DNA of 64,000 nt from positions 15,592-79,591 of the forward strand of contig JANNVQ010000055.1 in NCBI GenBank assembly GCA_031414535.1, in the 5' to 3' direction. The position numbers and the translations under genes were made by a program. The notes under the pieces are model-generated. The model had not been told where the DNA came from. It saw only the letters and a program-made list of their open reading frames with translations, and did not search any database. The DNA comes from Gemmatimonas sp. (GTDB lineage: Bacteria; Gemmatimonadota; Gemmatimonadetes; Gemmatimonadales; Gemmatimonadaceae). Positions 9,694 to 20,700 of this stretch are shown piece after piece (positions within the stretch are counted from its first letter, which is position 1; the number at the start of each line of letters is the position of its first letter).

Positions 9694-10130
9694 CGACCGT
9701 TTCGCTTGAGCTCGACGAGCAGGCAACGATCCTGAACGACTTCGATGTCTGACCGCGCCAGCTCGGCGGCCACTTCGTCGTTGCGAATGCCTAACTGGAA
9801 CCACACCGCCCGCGGGCGTGCCGCCAGAAGGTCATCGAGGTGGCCGGGGATATCTGACGGCCTCCGAAAGACGTTCACCAAGTCCACGCGCTCACCAATT
9901 TCGCGGACGCTGCGGACGACGGGCTCGCCGAGGATTTCGGTCACGTCCGGGTAGTAGACTGGCACCGGATAGATCTTGAGGCCGGCGCGCTGGGCGTACT
10001 CCGGCACGTAGTAGGCCGGCGCTCCTGATTCCGCTGTCTTGATGCCCAGCACCGCCACGGTGCGCACGCGCGCGAGGAGGTCGTCAATCTGCGCCGAGCG
10101 TTCGAGGAGGCGGGACTGCCAATCGGTCAT
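9690..10130 (-). CDS. CoA-binding protein (YccU-like)
   Basis: TVAVLG, VDLVNVFRR, VWFQLGIRN, VVQDRCL. Start set at ATG 10130. Confidence 0.88.
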   Translation of the reverse strand: MTDWQSRLLERSAQIDDLLARVRTVAVLGIKTAESGAPAYYVPEYAQRAGLKIYPVPVYYPDVTEILGEPVVRSVREIGERVDLVNVFRRPSDIPGHLDDLLAARPRAVWFQLGIRNDEVAAELARSDIEVVQDRCLLVELKRNGR

Positions 10131-10219
10131 CGTCGGATGGAGGCGGGGTGAAAATCTGAGTGAAAATCCGGTAGATTTGGAGGCTGTCCAGAAAAGTACC
10201 CCCCGTCCGGAGCCATACA

Positions 10220-11371
10220 ATGCGGATGCTCGTCCTCGGTGCCGGCCTTCAAGGCTCGGCGTGCGCATATGACCTACTACAAAACGATTCCATCACCGAG
10301 GTGCGCCTCGCGGACAGAATCGTCGATCAGCTGCCAAAGTTCCTCCAGCCCTATGTGGGCGGGGAGCGCCTCAAGCTCATCACACTGGACGTGAAGGATT
10401 CCGCTGCCGTCGCCCAGGCGATGGACGGCGTGAAGTCCGTGATGTGCGCCCTGCCGTACTACTTCAACAAGCCGATGACCGAAGCGGCCATCGCCGCGGG
10501 TGCGCACTTCTGCGATCTCGGTGGCAACACGGAGATCGTTCAGGAGCAGAAGACGCTGAACGCGTCGGCGGCCGCGAAGGGCGTGACCGTCGTGCCCGAC
10601 TGCGGACTCGCGCCCGGCATGGTGAACATCCTCGCGCAACTCGGAATTGATCGCCTCGATGTCACGCAGTCGGTGCGCATCTATGTAGGAGGGCTCCCCC
10701 AGGAGCCCGTCGGTCCGCTCAAATATCAGATTGTCTACTCTATTGAAGGCGTGCTCGACTACTACACGACGCTCAGTTGGATTGTGCGCGACGGCAAGCG
10801 GATGGAAGTGAAGGCCCTGAGCGAGATTGAGCCAGTACACTTCGATTCGCCCGTGGGCGAGCTCGAGGCCTTCCACACGGCGGGCGGACTCTCGACGATG
10901 GCGCATCGTTACGAAGGGAAGATTCCGGAGCTTGAGTACAAGACACTACGGTATCCCGGCCACGCCAAGATCATGGAAGCCATTCGTGAACTCGGCTTGA
11001 TTGACTTGGCGCCCGTGGACGTGAAGGGCCACATGGTCTCGCCGCGCGATGTCGCGATTGCGCAGATGCATCCGCGCCTCTTTAAGAAAGAGAGCCCAGA
11101 TCTCGTGGCTCTGCGCGTAGTGGTGAAGGGCACGAAGGCCGGCAAGGCGCAGGCACACACGTTTGAGCTCGTGGACCGCTTCGACGCCGCCCACGGCATC
11201 AGCGCCATGATGCGTACGACGGGCTACTCGCTGTCCATCACCGGCCAGTTGCAGGCGATGGGCGATGTGAAGCCAGCTGGCGTGCACACACCGGACGAGT
11301 GTATGCCTGGCGAGCGCTATGTGACGGAGCTTGGCAAGCGTGGGATTCTGATTCGGCAGACGGTTTCGTAA
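10220..11371 (+). CDS. Saccharopine dehydrogenase family / lysine 6-dehydrogenase-like protein
   Basis: VLGAGLQG Rossmann motif, DCGLAPG, YVGGLP, YKTLRYPGH, AMMRTTG; GGAG RBS. Confidence 0.9.
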   Translation: MRMLVLGAGLQGSACAYDLLQNDSITEVRLADRIVDQLPKFLQPYVGGERLKLITLDVKDSAAVAQAMDGVKSVMCALPYYFNKPMTEAAIAAGAHFCDLGGNTEIVQEQKTLNASAAAKGVTVVPDCGLAPGMVNILAQLGIDRLDVTQSVRIYVGGLPQEPVGPLKYQIVYSIEGVLDYYTTLSWIVRDGKRMEVKALSEIEPVHFDSPVGELEAFHTAGGLSTMAHRYEGKIPELEYKTLRYPGHAKIMEAIRELGLIDLAPVDVKGHMVSPRDVAIAQMHPRLFKKESPDLVALRVVVKGTKAGKAQAHTFELVDRFDAAHGISAMMRTTGYSLSITGQLQAMGDVKPAGVHTPDECMPGERYVTELGKRGILIRQTVS

Positions 11372-11377
11372 GACGTG

Positions 11378-11505
11378 CACCACGAAGGCACGAAGGGCTC
11401 ACAGTAAACTCACGGCCCCGCAATCCTAAAGAAGAAGTGCTTCTTGGAATGGCGGGGCCGTCGGATTGTCGCAGCACCCTTGGTGCCTGCGTGGTGAAAG
11501 CAGTT
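11378..11505. repeat. Nested-hairpin intergenic element, family 1 copy A
   Basis: Left arm CACCACGAAGGCACGAAGGG 11378-11397; right arm 11477-11496 (2 mismatches) plus tail AAAGCAGTT; inner stem ACGGCCCCGC 11412-11421 / GCGGGGCCGT 11452-11461. Confidence 0.92.
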
Positions 11506-11527
11506 CACAAAACTTTGAGGTATCGCA

Positions 11528-12118
11528 ATGGTTCGCACCGCGAGCACGATGTTGGAACTGGGGACGCAGGCGCCGGAGTTCGCGCTCTCGCGCGTGGACA
11601 CCGGCCGAGTGCTTGCCTTACGCGATCTTGCAGGGGCGCCCGCCACACTGGTCATGTTCCTCTGCGCGCACTGCCCTTACGTGAAGCACGTCGCACCGGC
11701 GCTCGCGACGCTGACCTCCGAGTTCATTAAGCGCGGAGTGGCGGTCGTGGGCATCGCCTCAAACGATGCGACGGCGTATCCGGATGACGCGCCGGACGCC
11801 CTGGCGCGTGATGCCGCAGATCGCGGATACGAGTTCCCGTATCTCTACGATGAATCGCAGGCGGTGGCCAAAGCCTACCAAGCCGCCTGCACGCCGGACT
11901 TCTTCCTGTTTGATAAGGACCGTCGCCTCGCGTATCGTGGGCAGTTCGATGCCTCACGACCGCGCAACGACTTGCCAGTGACCGGCGCCGACCTCCGTGC
12001 GGCCCTGGAGGCTGTGCTCGCGGGCACGCCCGTGCCAAAGCCCCAGTACCCGAGCATCGGCTGCAACATCAAATGGAAGGACGCGCCGGAGTACTTCAAG
12101 CCTGAAGGCGTGAAGTAG
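11528..12118 (+). CDS. Thioredoxin-like / AhpC-TSA family protein
   Basis: MFLCAHCPYV, YPDD, YLYDESQAVAKAYQAACTPDFFLFD, SIGCNIKW; GAGG RBS. Confidence 0.92.
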   Translation: MVRTASTMLELGTQAPEFALSRVDTGRVLALRDLAGAPATLVMFLCAHCPYVKHVAPALATLTSEFIKRGVAVVGIASNDATAYPDDAPDALARDAADRGYEFPYLYDESQAVAKAYQAACTPDFFLFDKDRRLAYRGQFDASRPRNDLPVTGADLRAALEAVLAGTPVPKPQYPSIGCNIKWKDAPEYFKPEGVK

Positions 12119-12129
12119 CCTCAGACTGA

Positions 12130-12187
12130 GACGGATGACGAATGACGGATGCCGAAGCAGTAAAGCATCCGTCATCCGTCTTCCGCC
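12130..12187. repeat. Heptamer-repeat hairpin, family 2 copy 1
   Basis: GACGGAT-GACGAAT-GACGGAT-GC 12130-12152, 12-nt loop, GC-ATCCGTC-ATCCGTC-TTCCGCC 12165-12187. Confidence 0.88.
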
Positions 12188-12216
12188 CACCCTCTGGGCG
12201 CGGATAGCCCTCCCCC

Positions 12217-12262
12217 TTGCCATCCGCTCGGAGCGGCCCTAACCTACAACCGAATGGTTGCA
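12217..12262 (+). promoter_or_regulatory. Sigma70-type promoter and ArsR-type operator overlapping the start codon
   Basis: TTGCCA 12217-12222, 17-bp spacer, TAACCT 12240-12245; palindrome CAACC-GAAT-GGTTG 12247-12260 covers ATG 12254. Confidence 0.7.
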
Positions 12263-12619
12263 CGTTTTCCCCTCCCCGACGCGGACCTTGACCGCCTATT
12301 CCGCGCACTCGCCGATTCCACTCGGCGCGACATCGTTGCGCGGGTGCTCTCAGGCGAAGAGGCCTCGGTGTCTGCCCTCGCTGCGCGCTACGACATGTCC
12401 TTCGCAGCCGTACAGAAGCACGTGGCCGTGCTGGAGGATGCGGAACTCGTGACCAAGCGCCCCCAAGGCCGCGAGCGGATGGTGCGCGGCAATCCGGAGC
12501 GGCTCGCGCGGGCGCGCGCCGTGCTTCTTCAACTCGAGGGGCTCTGGATGTCCCGCTTCAGCCAGCTCGATGCGATCCTCGCCGAGCGGCGGCCCACGAA
12601 GGAGACGTCATGCCAATAA
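12254..12619 (+). CDS. ArsR/SmtB-family HTH transcriptional regulator
   Basis: LDRLFRALADSTRRDIV, SVSALAARYDMSFAAVQKHVAVLEDAELV, GRER; precedes an SRPBCC gene. Confidence 0.92.
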   Translation: MVARFPLPDADLDRLFRALADSTRRDIVARVLSGEEASVSALAARYDMSFAAVQKHVAVLEDAELVTKRPQGRERMVRGNPERLARARAVLLQLEGLWMSRFSQLDAILAERRPTKETSCQ

Positions 12620-13587
12620 CGGAGATCATCTCGAACGCCGCCGACTTCACACTGAAGATTGTCGCCGACTATCCCGTGTCGGTGGAGCGGCTCTGGGAGG
12701 CGTATTCTGATCCGCGGCAGATTGAACGCTTCTGGGGACCGGAGCAGTGGCCGGCGACGTTTACGCGGCACGACATGGCTGTAGGTGGCATGTCCACCTA
12801 TTACATGACCGGACCCGACGGCAATACGTCTGGCGGATACTGGCGCTTCCTGACGGTGGAGCCGTACAAGTCATTCGAAGTCCTCGACGGCTTCGCCGAT
12901 GCTAGCGGCGCACCCAACGATAGTATGCCGACCATGCGCATGGTCTTTCAGTTCTCCCAGACCGCGACGGGCTCGCGCTTCGAGATCGTGACTTACTTTC
13001 CCAGCCTCGAGGCCATGGAAGAGCTAGTGAAGATGGGCATGATGGAAGGCATGAAGTCGGCGATGGGGCAAATCGATGCCGTGTTGCTCGACTTGAAGAC
13101 CTTCGCGGCCACGATGCCGACCGAGGCGCAGATACTCAACGACACGCAGATTCGCGTGAGCCGCGTGATTCGCGGCCGCGTGGCAGACGTGTGGCGCGCC
13201 CATCACGATCCCGCTCTCATGAAGCGTTGGCTACTTGGTCCCGATGGCTGGACGATGCCCACCTGCGAGATCGCCACCACGGTTGGACAGCGCTATCGCT
13301 ACGAGTGGGAGACGCTCGATAAGTCACAGCGCTTTGGCTTCGAGGGCGAGTTGCTGGAGACGAACCCGCCGCATCGCGCAGTCACGAGCGAGCAGATGAT
13401 TGGGATGGACGGTCCCGGAACACGCAACGAGATGACGCTCACCGCGGTCCCGAGCGGGACACTGCTCAGCATCGTCATCACCTACCCGAGCAAGGACGTG
13501 CGCGACATGGTACTCGGCACCGGCATGACGGCCGGCATGGAAACCAGCTATGCGCGGCTTGAGCGTGAGATCCTTGTGAAGGCTTAA
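12610..13587 (+). CDS. Tandem SRPBCC (AHSA1-like) domain protein
   Basis: Two START-like repeats (VERLWEAYSDP..IERFWGP; VADVWRAHHDP..MKRWLLGPDGW..; GMTAGMETSYARLE); GGAG RBS; overlaps the ArsR gene. Confidence 0.9.
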   Translation: MPITEIISNAADFTLKIVADYPVSVERLWEAYSDPRQIERFWGPEQWPATFTRHDMAVGGMSTYYMTGPDGNTSGGYWRFLTVEPYKSFEVLDGFADASGAPNDSMPTMRMVFQFSQTATGSRFEIVTYFPSLEAMEELVKMGMMEGMKSAMGQIDAVLLDLKTFAATMPTEAQILNDTQIRVSRVIRGRVADVWRAHHDPALMKRWLLGPDGWTMPTCEIATTVGQRYRYEWETLDKSQRFGFEGELLETNPPHRAVTSEQMIGMDGPGTRNEMTLTAVPSGTLLSIVITYPSKDVRDMVLGTGMTAGMETSYARLEREILVKA

Positions 13588-13722
13588 CTGCTTTCACCAC
13601 GAAGGCACGAAGGGTGCCGCAATAATCTTTCGGCCCCGCAACCCCAAAAAGCATTCCTTTCTTAGGGTTGCGGGGCCGTCAGTTTGCAGGGAACCCTTCG
13701 TGCCTTCGTGGTGATTGCTGTT
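13586..13722. repeat. Nested-hairpin intergenic element, family 1 copy B
   Basis: Tail AACTGCTTT 13586-13594; perfect 20-bp arms 13595-13614 / 13694-13713; inner 14-bp stem CGGCCCCGCAACCC 13631-13644 / 13665-13678. Confidence 0.93.
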
Positions 13723-13752
13723 TCAGTGGCACGACGACGTTGAACCGCGACG

Positions 13753-16239
13753 TCACACGACGACGTTCAGCAACCGCCCCGGCACGAGGATGACCTTCTT
13801 GGGCTCACCGGTGATGAACTTGCCGATTACCGGATCAGCCTTTGCCGCCGCGAGCGCGGCGTCCTGCGTGATGTCCTTGGCCACCACGATCTTGCCGCGC
13901 GTCTTGCCGCCGACCTGCACAACCAGGTCAATCGTGTCGGAGGTCAGCAGCGAGGCATCGAACGCCGGCCAGCGCGACTGGAACACGCTCGTCTTGTGAC
14001 CGAGCATCTCCCACAGTTCTTCGGCGATGTGCGGTGCGAAAGGCGCCACCATTTGCACCATCGGCTCCACTTCGGCGCGCGCCGGGACGCGCTCGCCGCG
14101 ACGCAGCACGTTCATGTATTCCATCATCGCGGCGATGGCCGTGTTGTAGCTGAGCGCCGGCGTGTCCTCGCCCACCTTCTTGATCGTCGCGTGCAGCTTG
14201 CGCAGCACCTCATCATCCGCCGCGCCGGTACCGCAGTCACGAACCGAAGCCCAGAGACGATCCAAAAAGCGCTTGACGCCACTGATGCCCGAATCGCGGA
14301 AGTCACCGCCTTCTTCGAAGGGCCCGAGGAACATCAAGTAGGTGCGAAATGCGTCCGCGCCCCATTCATTGATGAAGTCGTCCGGATTCACCACGTTGCC
14401 CTTGGACTTCGACATCTTCGCGCCTTCCTTGATGATCAGGCCATGCGCGCGGAACTTCGTGAACGGCTCCTCGAAGTCGAGATGCCCGGCATCGTGAAGC
14501 ACCATCGTGATGAAGCGCGAGTACAGGAGGTGCAACACGGCGTGCTCGTTGCCACCGATGTAAGTGGTAACGGGCAACCACTTCTTCGTCGTTTCCCGAT
14601 CGAACGGCACGTCGTCGCGCCCCACGCTCGGGTAGCGCAGAAAGTACCAGGCGCTATCCAAGAACGTGTCGCTGACGTCCGTCTCGCGACGTGCCTGCTT
14701 GCCGCAGCTTGGGCAGGGCACGCGGTACCACTCTTGGTGACGAGCCAGCGGCGAGATGCCTGAGTCATCCGGCTTGAAGTCTGGGATGTTGGGCAGCAAC
14801 ACCGGCAGCTGGTCCTCAGGCACCGGCACGGTTCCGCAATCATCGCAGTAGATGATCGGGATTGGTGGGCCCCAGTAGCGCTGCCGCGAGATGCACCAAT
14901 CGTGCAGGCGATAATTGGTTACGCCCACTCCGGCGTGCTTACTCGCGAGCCACGCCGTGGCCTTCACCTTCCCCTCTTCCACGCCCAGTCCGTCGAACTG
15001 CTCCGAATTGACGAGCACGCCATCGCCCACGTAGGCGGCATCGCCCAGCGGAGTCTTGGCGTTGTCGCCGGGTCCCGCAACGACGCGCTGGATGGGCAGG
15101 TCAAACTTCTGCGCAAACTCAAAGTCGCGCTCGTCGTGGCCAGGCACAGCCATGATGGCGCCCGTGCCGTACTCCATCAGTACGTAGTCGGCAATCCAGA
15201 TCGGGATCATCTCGCCGGTAGCGGGATTCACAGCGTAGGAGCCAGTGAACTCGCCGGTCTTTTCTTTGGTCGTCTTCCGGCTCACTAAGTCCTGCTTGAC
15301 TGATGCTGCGAGATACTCGCGCACCACGCCTTCCTGCATCGGCGTCGTGAGCTGCTCCACCAACGGGTGCTCAGGCGCAAGCACCAAGTATGTGGCGCCA
15401 AAGATTGTGTCGGGGCGCGTGGTGAAGACTTCAATCTGCGTGCTGCCGCTGCGGACTTCCGTGGTCACGGACACCGCGGAGCTACCAGCATCGGTGAGCG
15501 GGTCGAGCACGGCAAAGCGCAGGCGCGCACCATCGGAGCGGCCAATCCAGTTGCGCTGGGCCTGCTTGGTGGTGGCGGACCAGTCGAGCGTGTTCAGATT
15601 CTCGAGCAGGCGCGGCGCGTACTTGGAGATGTTGAAGAACCACTGCTCCAGAAAGCGCTGCTCCACCACCGTGCCGCAGCGCTCGCAGGCACCGGCCACG
15701 ACCTGCTCGTTGGCGAGCACGGTCTTGCACGAGGGACACCAATTGACGGCTGCGGCCTTCTTATACGCTAGGCCGTGCTTGTGCAGCTGCAGAAACACCC
15801 ACTGCGTCCACTTGTAGTAGCTGGGGTCGGTGGTATCCACCGACTTGCTCCAGTCCACCATCAGACCGGCGCGGTCCAGCTGCCGACGGAAATTCCGGAT
15901 GTTGCTCGGAATCAGCTCCATCGGATGGCGGCCCACCTTGAGCGCAAAGTTCTCCGAGTGGATGCCAAAGGCGTCATATCCCAGCGGCTCGAAGACCGTA
16001 TGGCCTTGCAGGCGCTGGAAGCGCGCATAGATATCACAACCAGTGAACGCAAAGAGGTTTCCCACGTGCAGCCCTTCGGCTGACGGGTAGGGGAACATCA
16101 TCAAGGCGTAAAAGGGGCTCTCGCCCTGCGCGATGTCGGTGCGGTGTGTGCCAAGTTCGGCCCACCGCTCTCGCCATCTCGCTTCAATTGCTGCCGGATC
16201 GTAGGCGACCGGCTCTGGAACCGATGAAGTCATCGTCAT
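13753..16239 (-). CDS. leuS: Leucine--tRNA ligase
   Basis: [14 protein letters not shown] (HIGH-like), [10 protein letters not shown] and [16 protein letters not shown] editing motifs, [16 protein letters not shown]. Start 16239 or 16233. Confidence 0.98.
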   Translation of the reverse strand: MTMTSSVPEPVAYDPAAIEARWRERWAELGTHRTDIAQGESPFYALMMFPYPSAEGLHVGNLFAFTGCDIYARFQRLQGHTVFEPLGYDAFGIHSENFALKVGRHPMELIPSNIRNFRRQLDRAGLMVDWSKSVDTTDPSYYKWTQWVFLQLHKHGLAYKKAAAVNWCPSCKTVLANEQVVAGACERCGTVVEQRFLEQWFFNISKYAPRLLENLNTLDWSATTKQAQRNWIGRSDGARLRFAVLDPLTDAGSSAVSVTTEVRSGSTQIEVFTTRPDTIFGATYLVLAPEHPLVEQLTTPMQEGVVREYLAASVKQDLVSRKTTKEKTGEFTGSYAVNPATGEMIPIWIADYVLMEYGTGAIMAVPGHDERDFEFAQKFDLPIQRVVAGPGDNAKTPLGDAAYVGDGVLVNSEQFDGLGVEEGKVKATAWLASKHAGVGVTNYRLHDWCISRQRYWGPPIPIIYCDDCGTVPVPEDQLPVLLPNIPDFKPDDSGISPLARHQEWYRVPCPSCGKQARRETDVSDTFLDSAWYFLRYPSVGRDDVPFDRETTKKWLPVTTYIGGNEHAVLHLLYSRFITMVLHDAGHLDFEEPFTKFRAHGLIIKEGAKMSKSKGNVVNPDDFINEWGADAFRTYLMFLGPFEEGGDFRDSGISGVKRFLDRLWASVRDCGTGAADDEVLRKLHATIKKVGEDTPALSYNTAIAAMMEYMNVLRRGERVPARAEVEPMVQMVAPFAPHIAEELWEMLGHKTSVFQSRWPAFDASLLTSDTIDLVVQVGGKTRGKIVVAKDITQDAALAAAKADPVIGKFITGEPKKVILVPGRLLNVVV

Positions 16240-16277
16240 TGGAAGGGAATCCGTTGAATCTAGCCCCCTCGCGAACC

Positions 16278-16313
16278 GCCTCCAACACGGCCTCCAACAC
16301 GGCCTCCAACACG
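16278..16313. repeat. Tandem repeat 3 x 12 bp (GCCTCCAACACG)
   Basis: Three exact copies between the divergent leuS and MCP genes. Confidence 0.9.
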
Positions 16314-16334
16314 GCGGGCGCGCCGGAACACGCC

Positions 16335-17615
16335 GTGCGCACGCACATCATAGATCGACTCGCTGACTGGGGTGCGCTGATTGGCTCCATCGCCGTGGTC
16401 GTGCTGCTGGCCGCCGGCTGGTCGAGCGTGGGCCGGCTGAACGCTGCCGGAGATTTCATCTGGTTCGTCGCGCTACTCCTTGCGGTGGCCGTGGCCTCGG
16501 CAGCCCTAGTGGTTCGCTTGGTGGTCTCTCCCATCGTGGGCGAGCAGCTGCGCGGGCTCGCCAATGTGGCCGAGGCGATTGCAGCAGGGGATCTGACGCA
16601 GACGCCGGCGGCGGCATCTGCGGGTGGCCAACTTGGCCGTCTAGGGCGCGCCATGGTGGAGATGGCGGGCACCCTCCGACACATGGCCGCGCTCGTGCGC
16701 GAGAACGCCACTGCCACGGCCACCCGCGCCACGGAGATCACCGCGAGCACGGAGCACATGGCGCAGGCCGCGTCGGGTATCGCGGAGACGGCGAGTACGC
16801 TCAGTGATGAAGCGGCGCAGATGGCCGAGACCATCCGCCTCTTGAACGCTGACGCAGCCCGGCTGGCAACCTTGGCCGGCAACGTCGCGGGTGGTGCCGC
16901 TGATGGCCTCGCACGCAATGATCGGCTCAAGGCGCTCGCCAACGAGAACGCCGGCATTCTCGACGAGAGTGCGCGGCGTCTCGACGAGCTCGCGATTGAC
17001 GTACAGGAAGGCGCTAGGGCTACGGAATCACTGGCCACCGCCTCCGATGAGATTCGCGCCTTCGTAGCGCTCGTGCAGAAGATTGCGCGGCAGTCTAAGC
17101 TGCTCGCCCTTAACGCCGCTATGGAGGCAGCTCGAGCCGGTGAGCACGGCGAGGGCTTTACCGTGGTCGCCAACGAGGTGCGCCGTTTGGCGCAGAGCAC
17201 GGCGGAGGCCGCAGAGCGCACAGATGAGTTGATGAAATCGCTCATCGCGCAGATGGAAACCGCAGGCGCCACGGGTGTACGTGCGCGCAGCACAGTGGAA
17301 GCCGTGCGCGGTGCCACCGCCCGCGGACGTCAGGCCTTTGCGCAGGTCGAACGCGCTGTCGGCGATGGTGAGCAATGGGTGGGGGCGATGTCCACTTCGG
17401 CCATCGCCGGTCAGACGCTCGCTGGCGAACTCACCGCAAAGCTCACGTCTCTCGCGCAGGGCACGCAGGCATTCGCGGACTCGATGCACGACGTCGCCGC
17501 CGCCAGCGAGGAGCAAAGTGCCAGCACCGAGGAGATTGCCGCCGCGGCCAATTCCTTAGTGCGAGCGGCGGATGGCGTGACGGAAACGGCGGGGCGTTTT
17601 AGGTCGGGTGGGTGA
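16335..17615 (+). CDS. Methyl-accepting chemotaxis protein (2 TM, HAMP, signalling domain)
   Basis: [37 protein letters not shown] hairpin-tip motif; HAMP ([22 protein letters not shown]). Start uncertain; GTG 16335 chosen to avoid overlap with leuS. Confidence 0.92.
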   Translation: MRTHIIDRLADWGALIGSIAVVVLLAAGWSSVGRLNAAGDFIWFVALLLAVAVASAALVVRLVVSPIVGEQLRGLANVAEAIAAGDLTQTPAAASAGGQLGRLGRAMVEMAGTLRHMAALVRENATATATRATEITASTEHMAQAASGIAETASTLSDEAAQMAETIRLLNADAARLATLAGNVAGGAADGLARNDRLKALANENAGILDESARRLDELAIDVQEGARATESLATASDEIRAFVALVQKIARQSKLLALNAAMEAARAGEHGEGFTVVANEVRRLAQSTAEAAERTDELMKSLIAQMETAGATGVRARSTVEAVRGATARGRQAFAQVERAVGDGEQWVGAMSTSAIAGQTLAGELTAKLTSLAQGTQAFADSMHDVAAASEEQSASTEEIAAAANSLVRAADGVTETAGRFRSGG

Positions 17616-17717
17616 CGCTGGGCCGTTAGGCGAGCGGCAGTTCATCTAGCGGGCGCATGTCCCCCGTCCCATATTCGCCCCGTCGGTCCTGCCGCCACCA
17701 TACAACCCACGCTCCTC

Positions 17718-20700
17718 GTGCCCACCGCCGCAAGCGGCTCCGCTGACCGCCAACGCGAAGGCGCGTTGCTGCGCCTCTCGTCGGGCATTGCCGCTGCGGA
17801 ATCTGAGCAGGGCATCTGTCGTGCGGTGGTGGACGGGTTGCATGATCCCGCGCTGGGGTTCGACTTCGTGGCGATGCTGCTGGTGGACCACGCGAGCGGC
17901 GACCGTGTCGTGGTCGCGTCGCGCGGCGCCGCTGATATGCCCGACGGACATCGCGTGCCGCCGGGCTCGGGCCTCAGTGAGTTGCCGCTCCTCGATGGCC
18001 GCCTGCACTACACGCCGCAGGTGACCACCGAGACTCGCTACCTGCCCACGCGCAACGAAGGGTCGGAAGTGGATGTGCCCCTTCTCGTCAACAAACAGCT
18101 GGTCGGCGTGCTCGTCGTCGAGAGCAACAAGCACCACGCCTTCGGCACCGATGACTTCGAGGTGCTGCGCGCCGCCGCGCATCAGGCGGGCATCGCCATC
18201 GGCCGTGAGCGCCTGCTACGCGACGAGCGCCGCCGCGCCGACGAGCAGGAAGCGCTACGTGCGACCATCGCCGACCTCTCGGCCCGGCTCGAACTCTCCG
18301 ATCTGCTCCAGGCGGTGCTCGAGCGTGCCATCCAACTGCTCAAGGTGAGCCACGGCGAGCTGGCAATCTTCCACCGCGAGCGGGACGAGTTGGAAATCGT
18401 CGCCAGCTACAACCTCGGCCGCAAGGATACGACCGGCACGCGGATGAAGGTCGGCGAGGGCGCGATGGGCCATGTGGCGCTCACTCGCGAACCCTACATC
18501 ATCCCGGACTACCAAGCCTGGATGTCGCGCTCCGAGCAGTACGCGCAATCCGATTTCCACGCCGTGATGGTCGCGCCGCTGATGATGGGGCGACAGCTGG
18601 TCGGGGCCATCGCCTTCATGGATCGCGACAGCCGCCGCGCTTTCGGCCCCGAGGACCTGCGGCTGCTCGACCTCTTCGCGCCGCAGGCGGCCGTAGCGAT
18701 CGAGAACGCCCGGCTCTTCTCGGCGGAACGCCGCCGCGCTGAGGAGCAGCGGGCCCTGTTGGCCACGATGCAGGATCTCGCGGGCCAGCTGGAGCTGTCC
18801 ACGGTGCTGCAACGCGTGCTCGAGCGGGCGGTTGGCCTCTTGAGCGTGACGGGTGGAGAACTTGCCACCGTGGACGCGAGCACCGGCGAGTTGGTCATCG
18901 TGGCGAGCCACGACATGGGCGCCAATGCCGTCGGGACACGCATCGCGCTCGGCGACGGCGCAATGGGACGCGTTGCCCAGACCCTCGAGTCACTGATTAT
19001 CCCGCGCTATCAAGATTGGGATGGCCGCTCCGACAAGTACGGGCAGACCACGGTGCAGTCCGTGATGGCCACGCCTCTGATGATCGGAACCCGGCTCGTC
19101 GGCGCGATCGCCAGCGTGCACTCCGACCCGCAACGCGTCTTCGGCAACGAGGACCTGCGGCTGCTCGAGCTCTTCGCGCCGCAGGCGGCCATCGCCATCG
19201 AGAACGCGCGACTCTTCACCCAGGCGCAACACCAGCAACAGTATTTCAGCGAGCTGGTGGCGAACAGTCCCGTCGCCATCGTCACGCTAGATCGCAATCA
19301 CAACGTCGTCAGCTGCAATCCCGCCTTCCTCACACTCTACGGCTACGCCGAATCGGAGGTGATTGGGTACCAGCTCGACGCGCTCATCACGTCTGAACAG
19401 GATCGCGCCGAGGCCGTGCGCTACACCACGGAGGCGCTCGCCAGCCGTCCGGTGCGCGCGATCGCCCGTCGCAACCGCAAGGACGGCAGTCTCGTAGACG
19501 TCGAGGTCTTAGGCGTGCCGGTGGTGGTGGACGGCGAGCTCGTGGGCCTGATGGCGCTCTATCACGACGTCACCGCGCTGTTGCGGGCCCGTCGCGACGC
19601 CGAGGCGGCCAACGCGGCGAAGAGCGACTTCCTCGCCAACATGAGCCATGAGCTGCGCACGCCGCTTAACGCAATCATCGGCTATAGCGAGATGCTCGAG
19701 GAGGATGCGGTGGACCGCGAGGCTGCGGAGGCCATCACGGACCTCCGTCGCATTCGTTCGGCGGGGCATCACCTGCTCGCGCTCATCAACGACGTCCTCG
19801 ATCTCTCCAAGATTGAGGCGGGGAAGATGGAGCTGCACCTCGAGACCTTCGACCTCAGTGCGGCCGTGGATGCCGTGGCGTCCACGGTGGCACCGCTCAT
19901 TGAGAAGAACGGCAATGCGCTCGTGCTCGAGCTCGACGAACGCCTCGGCAGCATGCACGCGGACGTCACGCGGGTGCGGCAGGTGCTGTTCAACCTGCTC
20001 TCCAACGCGAGCAAGTTCACGGAGCGCGGGCGCATCACGCTCGGGGCGGTACGGCGCGACGAGGACGCGCGTGCGTGGATCGAGCTCACCGTGCGCGACA
20101 CGGGCATCGGCATGACGCCCGAACAGCTCGGGCGTCTGTTCAACGCGTTTGCGCAGGCCGAGTCGTCCACGGCCAAGAAGTACGGAGGCACGGGCCTCGG
20201 TCTCGTGATTAGCCGCATGTTCTGCGAGATGATGGGCGGCACCGTGACGGTGGCCAGCGAGGCCGGGGTGGGCACCACGTTCACGGTGCGCCTCCCGGTG
20301 GAAGTGGTTGACCCCGCAGCCGCGCCGGTGCCAGCGCTGGTCCATGAGGGCCAGGCAGGGGCCGGCTGCGTGCTCGTGATTGACGACGATCCGGCCACCC
20401 GCGACCTCCTCGCGCGCATGCTCGTGCGCGACGGGTACCGTGTGCTGCAGGCCGCGAACGGCGCGACCGGCCTCGCGCTGGCCCGCAGCGAACGTCCCGA
20501 CGTGATCACGCTCGATGTCGTGATGCCTGGGCTTGATGGATGGGAGGTCCTTTCGGCGCTTAAGGAGGATCCGGAGGTCGCGGCAATCCCCGTCGTCATG
20601 CTCACCATCACCGATGACCGAAACCTTGGCTTCTCGCTTGGCGCATCGGAGTATCTGACCAAGCCGATTGAGCGCGACCGACTCAGCGCCGTGCTCGCCC

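Noticed and set aside
16240..16334. T-box or attenuator upstream of leuS
   Set aside because: The region is under 100 bp, with no T-box consensus or terminator.
16184..17317. 377-aa antisense ORF opposite the MCP (likewise 2081..3196, 27802..28923, 53418..54596, 61467..62780)
   Set aside because: These are shadow ORFs opposite well-supported genes, expected in high-GC DNA, and have no recognisable motifs.
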